Origin: Eledone cirrhosa
Taxonomy: Eukaryota
Length of the DNA stretch: 64,000 nucleotides
NCBI GenBank assembly: GCA_964016885.1
Contig: OZ024740.1
Location: 209,870,001-209,934,000, forward strand
Direction: 5' to 3'
This document shows positions 49,659 through 63,608 of the stretch, one piece after another (position 1 is the first letter of the stretch; every line of letters begins with the position of its first letter). The translations under genes and the position numbers were made by a program. A model generated the notes under the pieces. It did not search any database and was not told the origin of the DNA. It saw only the letters and a program-made list of their open reading frames with translations.

Positions 49659-52600
49659 TATTGTACATAGCAAGACATATATATGTTTATTGTATATAAC
49701 AAGACATATATGTGTTTATTGTACATAGCAAGACATATATATGTTTATTATACAGAGCAAGACATATATATGTTTATTATACAGAGCAAGACATATATAT
49801 GTTTATTGTACATAGCAAGACATATATGTGTTTATTGTACATAGCAAGACATATATATGTTTATTATACATAGCAAGACATATATATGTTTATTATACAT
49901 AGCAAGACATATATATGTTTATTATACAGAGCAAGACATATATATGTTTATTATACAGAGCAAGACATATATATGTTTATTGTACATAGCAAGACATATA
50001 TGTGTTTATTGTACATAGCAAGACATATATATGTTTATTATACATAGCAAGACATATATATGTTTATTATACATAGCAAGACATATATATGTTTATTATA
50101 CAGAGCAAGACATATATGTGTTTATTGTACATAGCAAGACATATATATGTTTATTATACAGAGCAAGACATATATATGTTTATTATACATAGCAAGACAT
50201 ATATATGTTTATTATACATAGCAAGACATATATATGTTTATTATACATAGCAAGACATATATATGTTTATTATACATAGCAAGACATATATATGTTTATT
50301 ATACATAGCAAGACATATATATGTTTATTATACATAGCAAGACATATATATGTTTATTATACATAGCAAGACATATATATGTTTATTGTACATAGCAATA
50401 CATATATATGTTTATTGTACATAGCAAGACATATATATGTTTATTATACAGAGCAAGACATATATGTGTTTATTATACATAGCAAGACATATATATGTTT
50501 ATTATACATAGCAAGACATATATATGTTTATTATACATAGCAAGACATATATATGTTTATTGTACATAGCAAGACATATATATGTTTATTGTACATAGCA
50601 AGACATATATGTGTTTATTGTACATAGCAAGACATATATGTGTTTATTGTACATAGCAAGACATATATATGTTTATTATACATAGCAAGACATATATGTG
50701 TTTATTGTACATAGCAAGACATATATATGTTTATTATACAGAGCAAGACATATATATGTTTATTGTACATAGCAAGACATATATATGTTTATTGTACATA
50801 GCAAGACATATATATGTTTATTGTACATAGCAAGACATATATATGTTTATTATACATAGCAATACATATATATATTTATTGTACATAGCAAGACATATAT
50901 ATGTTTATTGTACATAGCAAGACATATATATGTTTATTGTACATAGCAAGACGTATATATGTTTATTGTACATAGCAAGACGTATATATGTTTATTGTAC
51001 ATAGCAAGACATATATATGTTTATTGTACATATATATGTTTATTATACAGAGCAAGACATATATATGTTTATTATACAGAGCAAGACATATATGTGTTTA
51101 TTGTACATAGCAAGACATATATATGTTTATTATACATAGCAAGACATATATATGTTTATTATACATAGCAAGACATATATATGTTTATTATACAGAGCAA
51201 GACATATATATGTTTATTGTACATAGCAAGACATATATGTGTTTATTGTACATAGCAAGACATATATGTGTTTATTGTACATAGCAAGACATATATATGT
51301 TTATTATACAGAGCAAGACATATATATGTTTATTATACATAGCAAGACATATATATGTTTATTATACATAGCAAGACATCATCATCATCATCATCATCAT
51401 CAGCGTTTAACGTCCGTGTTCCACGCTTGCATGGGTTTGGACGGGGGTAGTCCCACTTGAGGCAAGAGTGATTGTCTTGCTCGCATAGGACTGTCTGGCA
51501 GGTTTTCTACAGTTGGATGCCCTTCCTAACACCAACCACATTTACAGTGTGGGTCTGGGAGGTTTTTACCGTGTTGCCTACACGGCCACATTACAGCGTG
51601 GACTGTGTGTTTTTTTGTCGTGACACCTACACGATCTCATTTGTTTCGGCCTCGATGGCGCGGCACCAACATAACTTTACATAGAACGGGGTGGTGTGGA
51701 TCGGGTGGGGGTGGTGGGACGGGGTGTATTTGTTAGAGATGCCTACTGGCTGGAGTAGGTTTTACTATATATTTAGGTAAGGCGGGTCTTCTCTGTTACT
51801 GAGTACCGCCAAAGGTCTCGGTCCAGTGACATTGTCTTGGAGAGGTGTAAGTGTGTGATGTCGGAGTTTATCAGCTCGTATATATATGTTTATTATACAT
51901 AGCAAGACATATATATGTTTATTATACATAGCAAGACATATATATGTTTATTGTACATAGCAATACATATATATGTTTATTGTACATAGCAAGACATATA
52001 TATGTTTATTGTACATAGCAAGACATATATATGTTTATTATACAGAGCAAGACATATATGTGTTTATTATACATAGCAAGACATATATATGTTTATTGTA
52101 CATAGCAAGACATATATATGTTTATTGTACATAGCAAGACATATATGTGTTTATTATACATAGCAAGACATATATATGTTTATTGTACATAGCAAGACAT
52201 ATATATGTTTATTGTACATAGCAAGACATATATATGTTTATTGTACATAGCAAGACATATATATGTTTATTGTACATAGCAAGACATATATATGTTTATT
52301 GTACATAGCAAGACGTATATATGTTTATTGTACATAGCAAGACATATATATGTTTATTGTACATAGCAAGACATATATATGTTTATTGTACATAGCAAGA
52401 CATATATATGTTTATTGTACATAGCAAGACATATATATGTTTATTGTACATAGCAAGACATATATGTGTTTATTATACATAGCAAGACATATATATGTTT
52501 ATTGTACATAGCAAGACATATATGTGTTTATTATACATAGCAAGACATATATGTGTTTATTATACATAGCAAGACATATATATGTTTATTGTACATAGCA

Positions 52601-53785
52601 AGACATATATATGTTTATTATACATAGCAAGACATATATATGTTTATTGTACATAGCAAGACATATATATGTTTATTATACATAGCAAGACATATATATG
52701 TTTATTGTACATAGCAAGACATATATATGTTTATTGTACATAGCAAGACATATATATGTTTATTGTACATAGCAAGACATATATATGTTTATTATACATA
52801 GCAAGACATATATATGTTTATTGTACATAGCAAGACATATATATGTTTATTGTACATAGCAAGACATATATATGTTTATTATACATAGCAAGACATATAT
52901 GTGTTTATTGTACATAGCAAGACATATATATGTTTATTGTACATAGCAAGACATATATATGTTTATTATACATAGCAAGACATATATATGTTTATTGTAC
53001 ATAGCAAGACATATATATGTTTATTATACATAGCAAGACATATATATGTTTATTGTACATAGCAAGACATATATATGTTTATTGTACATAGCAAGACATA
53101 TATATGTTTATTATACATAGCAAGACATATAGATGTTTATTATACAGAGGAAGACATATATATGTTTATTGTACATAGCAAGACATATATGTGTTTATTG
53201 TACATAGCAAGACATATATATGTTTATTATACATAGCAAGACATATATATGTTTATTGTACATAGCAAGACATATATATGTTTATTATACATAGCAAGAC
53301 ATATATATGTTTATTATACATAGCAAGACATATATATGTTTATTGTACATAGCAAGACATATATATGTTTATTATACAGAGCAAGACATATATATGTTTA
53401 TTATACATAGCAAGACATATATATGTTTATTGTACATAGCAAGACATATATATGTTTATTATACATAGCAAGACATATATGTGTTTATTATACATAGCAA
53501 GACATATATATGTTTATTGTACATAGCAATACATATATATGTTTATTGTACATAGCAAGACATATATATGTTTATTATACAGAGCAAGACATATATATGT
53601 TTATTATACATAGCAAGACATATATATGTTTATTATACATAGCAAGACATATATATGTTTATTATACATAGCAAGACATATATATGTTTATTGTACATAG
53701 CAAGACATATATATGTTTATTGTACATAGCAAGACATATATATGTTTATTGTACATAGCAAGACATATAGATGTTTATTATACAC
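49659..53785. repeat. 29-bp satellite (about 125 copies), interrupted by an RTE fragment
   Basis: Unit tacatagcaagacatatatatgtttattr with internal palindrome acatatatatgt. Confidence 0.97.
51378..51878 (-). mobile_element. RTE family A 3' fragment inserted in the satellite
   Basis: Near-identical reverse complement of 33666-34152. Confidence 0.9.
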
Positions 53786-56655
53786 AAACATCATAAATTC
53801 CTTCATATACACCTCTTTTATAAATTACTTTATGAAATTAACTTTCATCATGTGGGAAAATACTTTCATTGTATTTGGAAGTGAAAACTTCTGGGCCCAC
53901 ATCCTGTATGGTGTTGTCTGACTAATTGTCATTCATTGGTAGTTAACGAACAACACTAATTTATCTCATTACGTCAGTCTGGCCTAAAGTGTTATAAACA
54001 CCATACTGCAAATGAATTTCTCAAACTCTGCTATGGCCCTATTGCTGCTATTGCAAACCATCACCAGTTTCCTCATGATCCAGATTTTATCCTATGATAA
54101 AATTATACTAACAATGAAAGGGCCACTGTATGTTGGTTGATCTACTAGAAATAGCAGCTAAATCTCTTCCTCAATTTTAGGGAAGGATGAGACACATTAG
54201 ATAATGTAGTCCCACATATCCATAAAAAGGACAAGATGGCAGTGGATTTTACTCTAGATCTGCTTCATTAGGGTTGATATGTGGCTAAACAATGGCAACA
54301 GTAACAATAACCTATAATGACATTGGAAACACCCATGAGCTGAGCTGGTCTCACTTGGATCAATTGGAGACAGTTGCTTCTGAGAAGACCCACTGGAAGG
54401 CATGCTTGAGGACTGTCCCCACTAACCTTCCAAGAATAAGTGGGATGAGAAGGAAAAAAAATGTGTTATAAAATCTGAACTTATGACTAGACCTTACAGT
54501 CACCACCATCATCATCATCATTTTTATGTTGACTTCTCCACGCAGACATGGGTTGGATGGCACATTTTGAGGTAATGCCTAACAGCCAGATACTAACCCT
54601 TTTATTTCTTACGACATGCAGGGATACAGTGTACTCATTCTAAACTGGATACAGATATTATGTAAAAGACCAAAATGGTTTAAAGAACAACCTGAAGTTT
54701 GCAATTGACCAAAGAGGTTTTATGCCAGAGGTCTCAAAATACAAGGACTAAGAAGTGCCATTGCATCCCGGAGAAGAAGCACAGTGGGTCAAAAGTGAGA
54801 TGAAGGAGAAGGTCATGATTTCCACCAGTTATAATGCTAATCTGCAGTACAGTTAATAGGTTGCTATCTACTTTTTTGCTCTTCAAAATAAATACACATG
54901 TGATATGATAGTAAATGGGATATACAAATTAGTACAAAATGTAGAGGGACAAATTTTCCATTTCAAATTTTCCTTTGTTCAGCTGCAGGCCATACAAAAG
55001 TAGTTTGCAGGCCACATATATATATATATGATTTTTATGTTGCTGGTGTGAGTTATTGTGATGTAACAGCCAAGAATAAATCTGTAAATCCACATGGTCC
55101 TATTAATAAGCAACTTGGCCTTGAGATCTTAGCTGGGCGTTATGAAGTAACATTTTTGAAACAACAAATTCAACAAGACTCCATCAGCAGAGGAAAACCC
55201 CCCCCCCCAAAAAAAAAACCACTTAATTCTGTAAGATATTAAAGAACTGTGAACTTGAATGCATTAAATCATAAAGATAAATGCAGAATGAATACTATAT
55301 TTTTTATTCTAAACAGATGCTAGTGACAAATATATTTTTAAAATAATTAGCCCTGAGAGAACAGAAGCTCCAAAAGATTTACATAGAGAAATTTAACTAT
55401 AATTTTATCTAATTTCAATTACAAATTTATTTTATTGTGATTCAAGTGAACATGTTTGAAGGACAACCAAAATTACTTTGATAAGAGAAATTCTGAGAAC
55501 TAGGATGTTGACTCCAAGTCAGATATAGAATCTGAAGGAAAGGAAACTGACTAATTCTTCAAATATATATTATTCTTTAAAAACTTGGGAACAACAAAAT
55601 AGACATTTTATTATATATAGTGATGTCTCTAGTTTTTAACTCAAAATCAGTAACCAAGCAGGCTTATGAACAACGACAACACCAAGATATTCCACATGCC
55701 CCTTCAATTTTTCTGCGATTTCCTCCTGCCATCACACTCTTTAGACCAGTTGAAAAATGCAATAGAAAAATCTAAATTAATTTGTAGAGACGATATCTAT
55801 AGTTTTCTGGCAAAATCTGAAATGTTTCATGCCAAATCATAATACCACAAGAATACCTTCTTGTCTACTTCACCTTACCACAGCATTGTCCTCCAGCCTA
55901 CTCTGTTCTAGAAGTGATCTTATTTGCTTTCTTTATTAGTAAGTTTGATTAAGAAATTTATGAAGAATTTGAATGGTACCTTTAGATTTTAGCCCACTCA
56001 ATGATCGCCTAGTTTATTTGGTGCATAGCACTATAAGGAAAGTTGTTACATCTATGACCACTGTGTATTTCTTTCCAGAAACAGCATATCTAGGACTATC
56101 ACTGCATATCGAACATACCAGCTCTGTCAAAAGCAAACAACCTCTCTAGTGTTGGAGATCTATACGATAAATGCACCCAGTACACTCTGTAAAGTGGTTG
56201 GTAGGACTCTTCATAGTGTCAAAAACAGGATAGCAGCTCTATAGTTCTGGTGTCATGATGAAATGCACCTGGTACACTCTGTAAAGTCCAGCAAGATATG
56301 TAAGCCAGAAGCAGTCCCTTCACTCCTGTCCATCTGAGAGGTCAGTAGCCCTGATTAAGTACTGACCCAGTCTGTGATGATCTATCCAACTCTTGCAAGC
56401 AGGGAAAAGTGATGTTAAATGATGCTGATGATGATAATGATAGGGTGTAATTTAAAATTATTTATGGTTGTTGTTTAGCTCCATTTCAAATTTGATCAAA
56501 TTCTAATCATGGCGATGTTGCCTTTTTTCCTTTTTTTTAAACTCTTCCTTCATTTTTAATAGGGTAAGGGATAATATGAGGGAGATTTGGCAGCTATCTT
56601 TTACAGGTCAAGTAACCAAGTAGAAGCTCCCCCACTGGCTAATAATATCTATTAA

Positions 56656-56850
56656 CCCTTTAGAATTTAAATCGGCAATAATTCTCTCACCTCTTCCTGT
56701 TCAAACCGGCTGTAACAGGTTGCTCATACTGATGTTAAGGTATTGTTCTCAAAATAAATAATAACATCTCATAGATTTGATATTATGTGAGGTAAAGCCT
56801 TTACCATTAAAATATAAAAGTATATACAGAGTAATGTAAATGCTAAAGGG
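56656..56850. mobile_element. piggyBac-type MITE, family A
   Basis: TTAA flanks and ccctttag...ctaaaggg TIRs. Confidence 0.75.
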
Positions 56851-57197
56851 TTAAATACTGTGTTATGAGTAGATATAGGCAGAGAATTGGTTGAATTGTT
56901 AAAACATCAGATAAAATGCTTTGTGGTATTCATTCTGGCTCTTTGAGTTCAAAAACTGCCAAAGTAAATTTTGCCATTCATCCTTTCAAGGTCAATTAAA
57001 AATAAGTACTAATTCAGTACTGGGGTCAATTCTTCCTCTATATCGCTTCCTCTCTTTTTTTCTATCACTCTTTCCTTCTCCTTCTCTGGAAAAAATCAGT
57101 TGTGCTCAGACCTGAAGAAGGGATGGGTTCTGCCAGGTTTAAAAAACACCCGAGACAAGCTGTATGTCACTATGGCACCCCTACAGTTCCATATATA

Positions 57198-57276
57198 TTG
57201 GGTTGTAACATAAATTCCCGCCGTTTCTTTATTAAGAAGTTTTATAACAACGGCGGGAATTTATGTTACAACCCAA
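57198..57276. mobile_element. 79-bp mariner-type MITE
   Basis: Perfect 28-bp TIRs ttgggttgtaacataaattcccgccgtt; TA on both sides. Confidence 0.85.
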
Positions 57277-57632
57277 TACATACATCAGTCAATATACAAA
57301 GGAAATGGGAAAGTAAATAGAATATAAGACTGTTTAAAAAATAAATGTAATTATGCCATAAGAGTTGCCGATTAAACAATTACTGATGATAGACACTCTT
57401 AACATATCAAACTCAGCAGTATATATATCACCATCATCATCATATGTATGTATATTTATATATAAATTCATTTATTTGGTTAAACTTTTGAGACACGACA
57501 ATGATGTCAATGTAGGGTGATTCTTAAAATGACAGAGAAAGTAGTAGTCCTACATGAGGCAAGGATTAGAAACAGACAGACACCTCATTGAAATGATCAA
57601 GGTTTTCAGCAACAATAAAAAATGATAATAAT

Positions 57633-57818
57633 TGTTTCTACTTTTGGCACAAGGCCAGCAATTACCCAGTGCATTACTGGTACTTTATTTTATCGACCCC
57701 ATAAGGATGAAAGGCAAAGTTAACTTCGGCGGGATTTGAACTCAGAATGGAAAGGGCCGTAACTCTATGTGTCAAAGCATGGCGTCCGACCCTCTACCGA
57801 TACTGCTATTCCACCGCC
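57633..57818 (-). mobile_element. Full SINE family 1 copy with 20-bp TSD
   Basis: caataaaaaatgataataat at 57613-57632 and 57819-57838. Confidence 0.9.
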
Positions 57819-58315
57819 CAATAAAAAATGATAATAATCACCATCATCGTTTTTATGTCAACTTTTAACATGGGTTGGATGGGACTTTTCAAGGCAATAT
57901 TTTACAGTCAGATACCCTTCATGTCACCAACCCTTTTTAGTTACTTCTTACAACATGCATAATAATAATAATTGTTTCTACTTTAAGCACAAGGCCAGTA
58001 AATAATGCATAATAATAATAATAAAATTAGGAAACTTTTGCTGTAATAAAATACATCACCCAAAAGCAGATGTGGATTGCCACTATCTCTCTCGACAAAA
58101 TGGAGGTAGAGGAATGATCTTGCTTGAGCTGTCATACAGGATATCGACCATTGGATTCGATCAGTACCATGAAATCATAGATGACTGGATGGTGAAAATG
58201 GTTGAAGATCACAAAAGGAAAAGCAAAGTTGACCTCAGCAGGATTTGAACTCAGAACAAAGAAAGTTGTAACTAAATATCACGATGCATTTTGTCTATCC
58301 AATAATAATAATAAG

Positions 58316-58556
58316 TGAGTATAGATGGTGAGAGAATATATAATATGAAAGCAAGAGTGGTACCAATTGTGATTGTAACATTTGGGTTGATGATAGAAAA
58401 CCTCCAGTAAAACCTTGACAGAATTGGAATCAGTCTCAGCATTAAGACATTGCAAAAAACAACATTTTGGCGAACAGCAAATATCTTGCAGAAAATACTG
58501 TCGATAGGGAGTCAATCAAATAATTCAGTGTTAATAAGATTATCACTATGGAAATG
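58316..58556 (+). mobile_element. Dong/R4-clade (RLE) retrotransposon 3' remnant in (TAA)n
   Basis: KARVVPIVIVTFG...LDRIGI...LQKTTFWRTANILQKIL; flanked by aataataataataagtg on both sides. Confidence 0.65.
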
Positions 58557-59445
58557 AATAATAATAATAATAAGTGGGCTCAAAAACAAACTGAACATAT
58601 TTGTTTAGTTTAAAATTCATTGATATGAAAAAACTTTTGGATATTGTTTGACAAGTGACTTGATCTAAGACCATGTATTAGAACTAAAGCAGTTACATCA
58701 TGGAAGAACCAGTTTAACCATTTAAAAAATACAGAAAAAGTATTATAAATCTCATAGGTGCAGAAAACAGTATGAAACTTCACAAAATAAATGAAAAATT
58801 AGTATAAAATGTTTTGCTTTGTGTTTTTATTTTTAATGGTTAAAATAGCTCTTCTACAATATAATTGCAACAGGGTTAGCATGGCTTTACTATAACGTTT
58901 ATATGGATGGACTCACCCATCATAATTGACAGATGAGGGTTCAGCAAAAATTATGTTATGATTTCTCATCTGTTTTTTTCAAACCATTTGCATATTTAAA
59001 AGGCACAGAAGATGTCAAGGTAGTTATTTGATTTAACAAACAGCCTGCACAAATGATTTGTTTAAAGTGGTCAGTTGTCTGTGTTATATAATTCACACTC
59101 TTTCCATTATAGCATCAAGTCTTGTACTAGTACATGGTGTGACACATGTCAGATAATACCATAACCCCAGGCTTTGGGAATAAAAGTTCTCCATCTCCTT
59201 TGGTGATTGTCTTAATGAAACTACCCTATCGAGCACAATACACACACACACACACATATATTTATATATATATATATATATATACACAGTTCAAGAGTAA
59301 CCAATCTTAAAGAGAGAGATTGAGAGGAAAGATTGGTGAGTTAGTTAGAAGCCAAAGCGTAAAGGCATGTGCTCAATGTGCAATATGCAGTAGAAAGCAG
59401 CTAGGTGGCTGGGTTCATACAGAGGTTAGGTGCGCAGAGCTGAAA

Positions 59446-59807
59446 ATATTCATTAGTTAAGCAAAACAAGACCACAAATTTCACAAGGAAGACATTATTA
59501 AAAGATTGTCAACATATTTAGTTTGATGTAAGGAATGTAGAGAATAATAATAATAATAATAATAATGCCCGTTTACAATTGTTTATTTAAAAAATATGTT
59601 AATTATTTTCAACTGAACCAGATCAATTATGATACATAGTCATCTGATCCAGAAATATTATACGGAGTAGCGAAACAATTGTAAACGGGCATTATTATTA
59701 TTAATATTATTATTATTCTCTACATTCCTTACATCAAACTAAATATGTTGACAATCTTTTAATAATGTCTTCCTTGTGAAATTTGTGGTCTTGTTTTGCT
59801 TAACTAA

Positions 59808-59814
<7 letters not shown>
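59446..59814. repeat. ~140-bp near-perfect inverted repeat with 88-bp spacer
   Basis: 59446-59584 is the reverse complement of 59673-59814. Confidence 0.92.
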
Positions 59815-59841
<27 letters not shown>

Positions 59842-59894
59842 TAGATATATATACAGAGAGAGAGAGAGAGAGAGACAAGAATGAATAAATAAAT

Positions 59895-60153
59895 TTAAAA
59901 AAAGGGCGTAGACATTACAATACAATGGGAGGAAACAATGTCACATATGTGTAACGAAAGAACTTTGATAGACTATATATATTTATATCTGTATTAACCG
60001 TTGGTCAATCAATGATAAACATTGATTGCCAGATAAATTAACTATGTGGAGATATAAAAGATACAGAAGTGAAAACCAATCCAAACCAAACAGTGAGTGT
60101 GTTTTATTATTTCTGGCAATAAAAACAATATGACCCTCCCCAAATATAACAAT
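59895..60153 (+). mobile_element. Penelope-like pLTR/tail fragment
   Basis: Homologous to 9330-9615; ends ccctccccaaatataacaat followed by (AT)n. Confidence 0.7.
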
Positions 60154-60162
60154 ATATATATA

Positions 60163-60218
<56 letters not shown>

Positions 60219-60567
60219 AGGGGTATTTAATTTGTTGGAAATCCGACAAATATAAATGTTTATAACTGATTTAGAGCACTCAACAGTTTCCTGGAGTAAA
60301 TATTCAATGATATTAAATAAATGGAAACTATATTTATAAAACCATATTTATTTTATTATATATATTTCAAGGGTACCAAAACACTTTGGTATGCTTTCTT
60401 CAGATAAAATACAAAGTTTGTTTTATAAATAGAGACATACCCAGGAAAATCATACCTTATCAGTTGGATATTCTCTGGATAGTGGAAATGTATTAGGGAT
60501 TTTTCAAACTTATGGGTGAATATGCAAATATATATATATATATACGTATATATATAAGTATAAGTAT

Positions 60568-60907
60568 GGAGGCACATGGCTTAGTGGTTAGAGCATTGAC
60601 CTTGCAATCGAAAGGTTGTGAGTTCAATTCTCAGACCGGGTATGTGTTGTTTCCTTAAGCAAGACACTTTATTTCACATTGCTTCAGTTTACTCAGCTGT
60701 AGAAATGAGATGATAGGGACTGGGGTCCATATCATTCCACTGCAAAGTGGTCGTGGAGGTGCCACGGCAAAAAAGCACCCAGCCCACACTGTAAATGAGG
60801 TTGGTGTTAGGAAGGGCATCCAGCTGTAGAAATCAAGCCAGAATCAGTTCCCGTCCCACCCTTGCAAGCAGGGAAAAAGCGGATGTAAAATGAAATGAAA
60901 TGATGAT
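60568..60907 (+). mobile_element. SINE family 2 copy
   Basis: Same structure as 38777-39123. Confidence 0.88.
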
Positions 60908-61694
60908 AAAGAAAATGCTCAAGTGCAAAAATGCTATAAAGAAAGCTTATAAAATAGAGTGAAGACCCTTAAAAGATGGAAAAAGAATTTGCCAATGACT
61001 GCTATTGAACCCCATATCTTCCAGATACCAGCGAGAATATATATATATATATATTTACACACAACATATACATATGTACACATTATCGGATGGTTGTTAA
61101 CTCCTCCACCCATTGATCAGTTTCATTTTTCATTTTGCAGAGTGTCAAGAAATCAGCAACCTCACCAAACAAGCTAATTGGGCTTGCCTATTTAGTCACT
61201 GAGTTGACTGGAATTATGTAACTTTTATTTGTACGAAAAAATAAATTGGGCAGCTCAAATTTGTGATATAAAGATAGTAAATCAAACATTTTAAACCTAT
61301 CTGCTCTCCCTTCATGTTATTCATATTAGAAATTTTTAATGTTGACCTTGGGTGGAGCTAAAGAACTCCATTTGTTAGTTGTCTAGTTCAATTCTATGTC
61401 TCATTTATTCCAGTTTTAGCAAAGGTTGTTTAGTTTCTGCATTCAATTACTGTTGATGATGTTTGCCTGTCATTCTATCGAAGTTATTATTGGATTTTTC
61501 CCTACTTTTAGCTTGTGCTTAAACTATTAAGCGAGGTACATATATTTTACCATATCCATTCTCAGTCATGATAAGAAGAATAAAAAATATATATCTAAGC
61601 TATATCACATCATTTTCAAACAGACGTTGTGTGTGTGTTGTTGATAATGTGAATATATCAACATTTTCGAGACCTCAGGCGTACTTGGAACAAT

Positions 61695-62010
61695 ACTTCT
61701 GAGCTCGTCTGTAAGATCAGAACATCAGCAGCCTGCCTGAGGAAGGAGCCCAGCAAGGTGGGGTGGCTGTTGCAGTGGGTGTCGCTGGCCATTGTCCGCG
61801 GAAATGCTATTGCGGTCTTGTTCATGGGCCGCAGACCCAACACCGCCATGCCCCGCTTTCTTCTGTGACCCCAGAGTCCTTGCTTTTCCTCTCATTTATG
61901 GCTTTCATAGTCCTTTCTTCTACTTTCCCATACAGCCAGATCTGCCCTTCCTTACCCCCTTTCCCATTGTTAGATTTTGCTTTTGTCTTTCTTTCATATA
62001 TATTTTTTGG
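61695..62010 (+). mobile_element. CRE-like (RLE) retrotransposon 3' remnant
   Basis: ELVCKIRTSAACLRKEPSKVGWLLQWVSLAIVRGNAIAVL plus a pyrimidine-rich 3'UTR. Confidence 0.7.
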
Positions 62011-62239
62011 TTGAAAAATATAACTTAGTTCTGCATTGGTTTAAGTTTGCTACATTAAAATTGTGGTGTTGATGGAGAGGTGACACAAAAAGTAGAAGTG
62101 TGAAATAAAGTTTGGAAAAATATTTCAAATTACAATCATAAATATTAAAATGCTCAACAATATTTACTGATCAATGAGAATAAAATTGATTTTTGATAAG
62201 GAATAATTTAGAAACCTTACATGAGAACTGTAAAGATCC

Positions 62240-62690
62240 ACCATCATCATAAGTTTTATGTCTGTTTATCCATGCTTGCATAGTCTGGGTGAGTTTTCAC
62301 TAGCAGAGTTTTTCTTCACGTGTTATGATCCTTTGTTATCTCTTCTGTGAGGTTCATCATCCTAAATTCAGTTCTCACTTCTTTTGCCCACTTCATTAAC
62401 TACCTTCTACTTGAAATTTCTGACACTTCAATACCCAAAGATTATCATCCATACATATGACATGTTTATACCAGTGCAATCTCTTTGCATACTAAATCTG
62501 ATTTCTCTTATGTCCAGTTTTTCTTTCAATTCATCTTGCTTTGTCACTCATGCACACTAACATTACACACCCATCAGAGCATGATCACTTAATTTCTTTC
62601 TAACATTTACAAATCTTCTACATTCAATGCCTATGTCTCACTACCATACAACACCATATGTCTCATACAGGCATCATACAATCTACTCTA
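62240..62690 (-). mobile_element. Old RTE 3' remnant
   Basis: Minus strand degenerate LYDACMR..VLYGSET..LNVEDL...LHWYKHV; (CAT)n tail. Confidence 0.65.
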
Positions 62691-62959
62691 ATAGATTTCA
62701 GTAATTTATCAGCAGGTTAAAGAATGGTTGAAGTAAAAATTTTTTTTTACTCAGCTTTATAAAATCATAACAGAAAGGCAAATCATATTCTATTGTCTGC
62801 ATCTAGAAGGGAATTTTACTGTAAAACTTTACCCACATGCATAGACAATAAATGAACCCTAGCATGGGTTCAAATCTCCATTCAGGCACTCCTGTGTTTA
62901 CTTGTCTATCTGTTTCATCATCCTCAATAATCCTCACACTAACCTATAAGCCCAGTCCT

Positions 62960-63065
62960 TTCCCCGAGATATCACTCCTCTGGAATTACTTCCCTGCCCA
63001 TATTTTCCCTACAGCCATCAACTTATAACTATTGAAGAATATGAACCAGATCAATCTCACTGTTG
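62960..63065 (+). mobile_element. CR1/L2-group C-terminal remnant
   Basis: FPEISLLWNYFPAHIFPTAINL*LLK. Confidence 0.45.
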
Positions 63066-63229
63066 GGGGACTGTGAAAGCTCTGGGTACACTCCTTCCTC
63101 CAGACTAAGTCAATATGTCAAACAAACAGTTATGAATTGGCTAAATCTGGACATCATATATGGGTTGTATATTCTGCATGCTGGAAACTCTCACCTCTGT
63201 TTTAATTGTTAATGATAATAATAACAATA

Positions 63230-63608
63230 ATAATTGTTTCTACTTTTGGCACAAGGCCACCAATTACCCAGTACATTACTGGTACTTTATTTTATCGACC
63301 CCATATGGATGAAAGGCAAAGTTAATCTCGGCGGGATTTGAACTCAGGTCGTAAAGGGACGTAACTCTATGCTAGAAAGCATGTCCGACCCTCTACCGAT
63401 ACTGCCAATTCACCATAATAATTGCTTCTACTTTTGGCCCAAGGCCAGAAATTAACTAGTACATTACTGGTACTTTATTTTATCGACCCCGTAAGGATGA
63501 AAGGCAAAGTTAACCTCGGAGGGATTTGAACTCAGTCCGTAAAGGGACGTAACTATGCTGCAAAGCATGGCGTCCGACCCTCTACCGATATTACCAACCC
63601 ACCGCCCT
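63230..63608 (-). mobile_element. Two head-to-tail SINE family 1 copies
   Basis: Consensus match at 63230-63414 and 63418-63608. Confidence 0.85.

Noticed and set aside
49659-53785. CRISPR-like 29-bp palindromic repeat
   Set aside because: No spacers; a simple satellite
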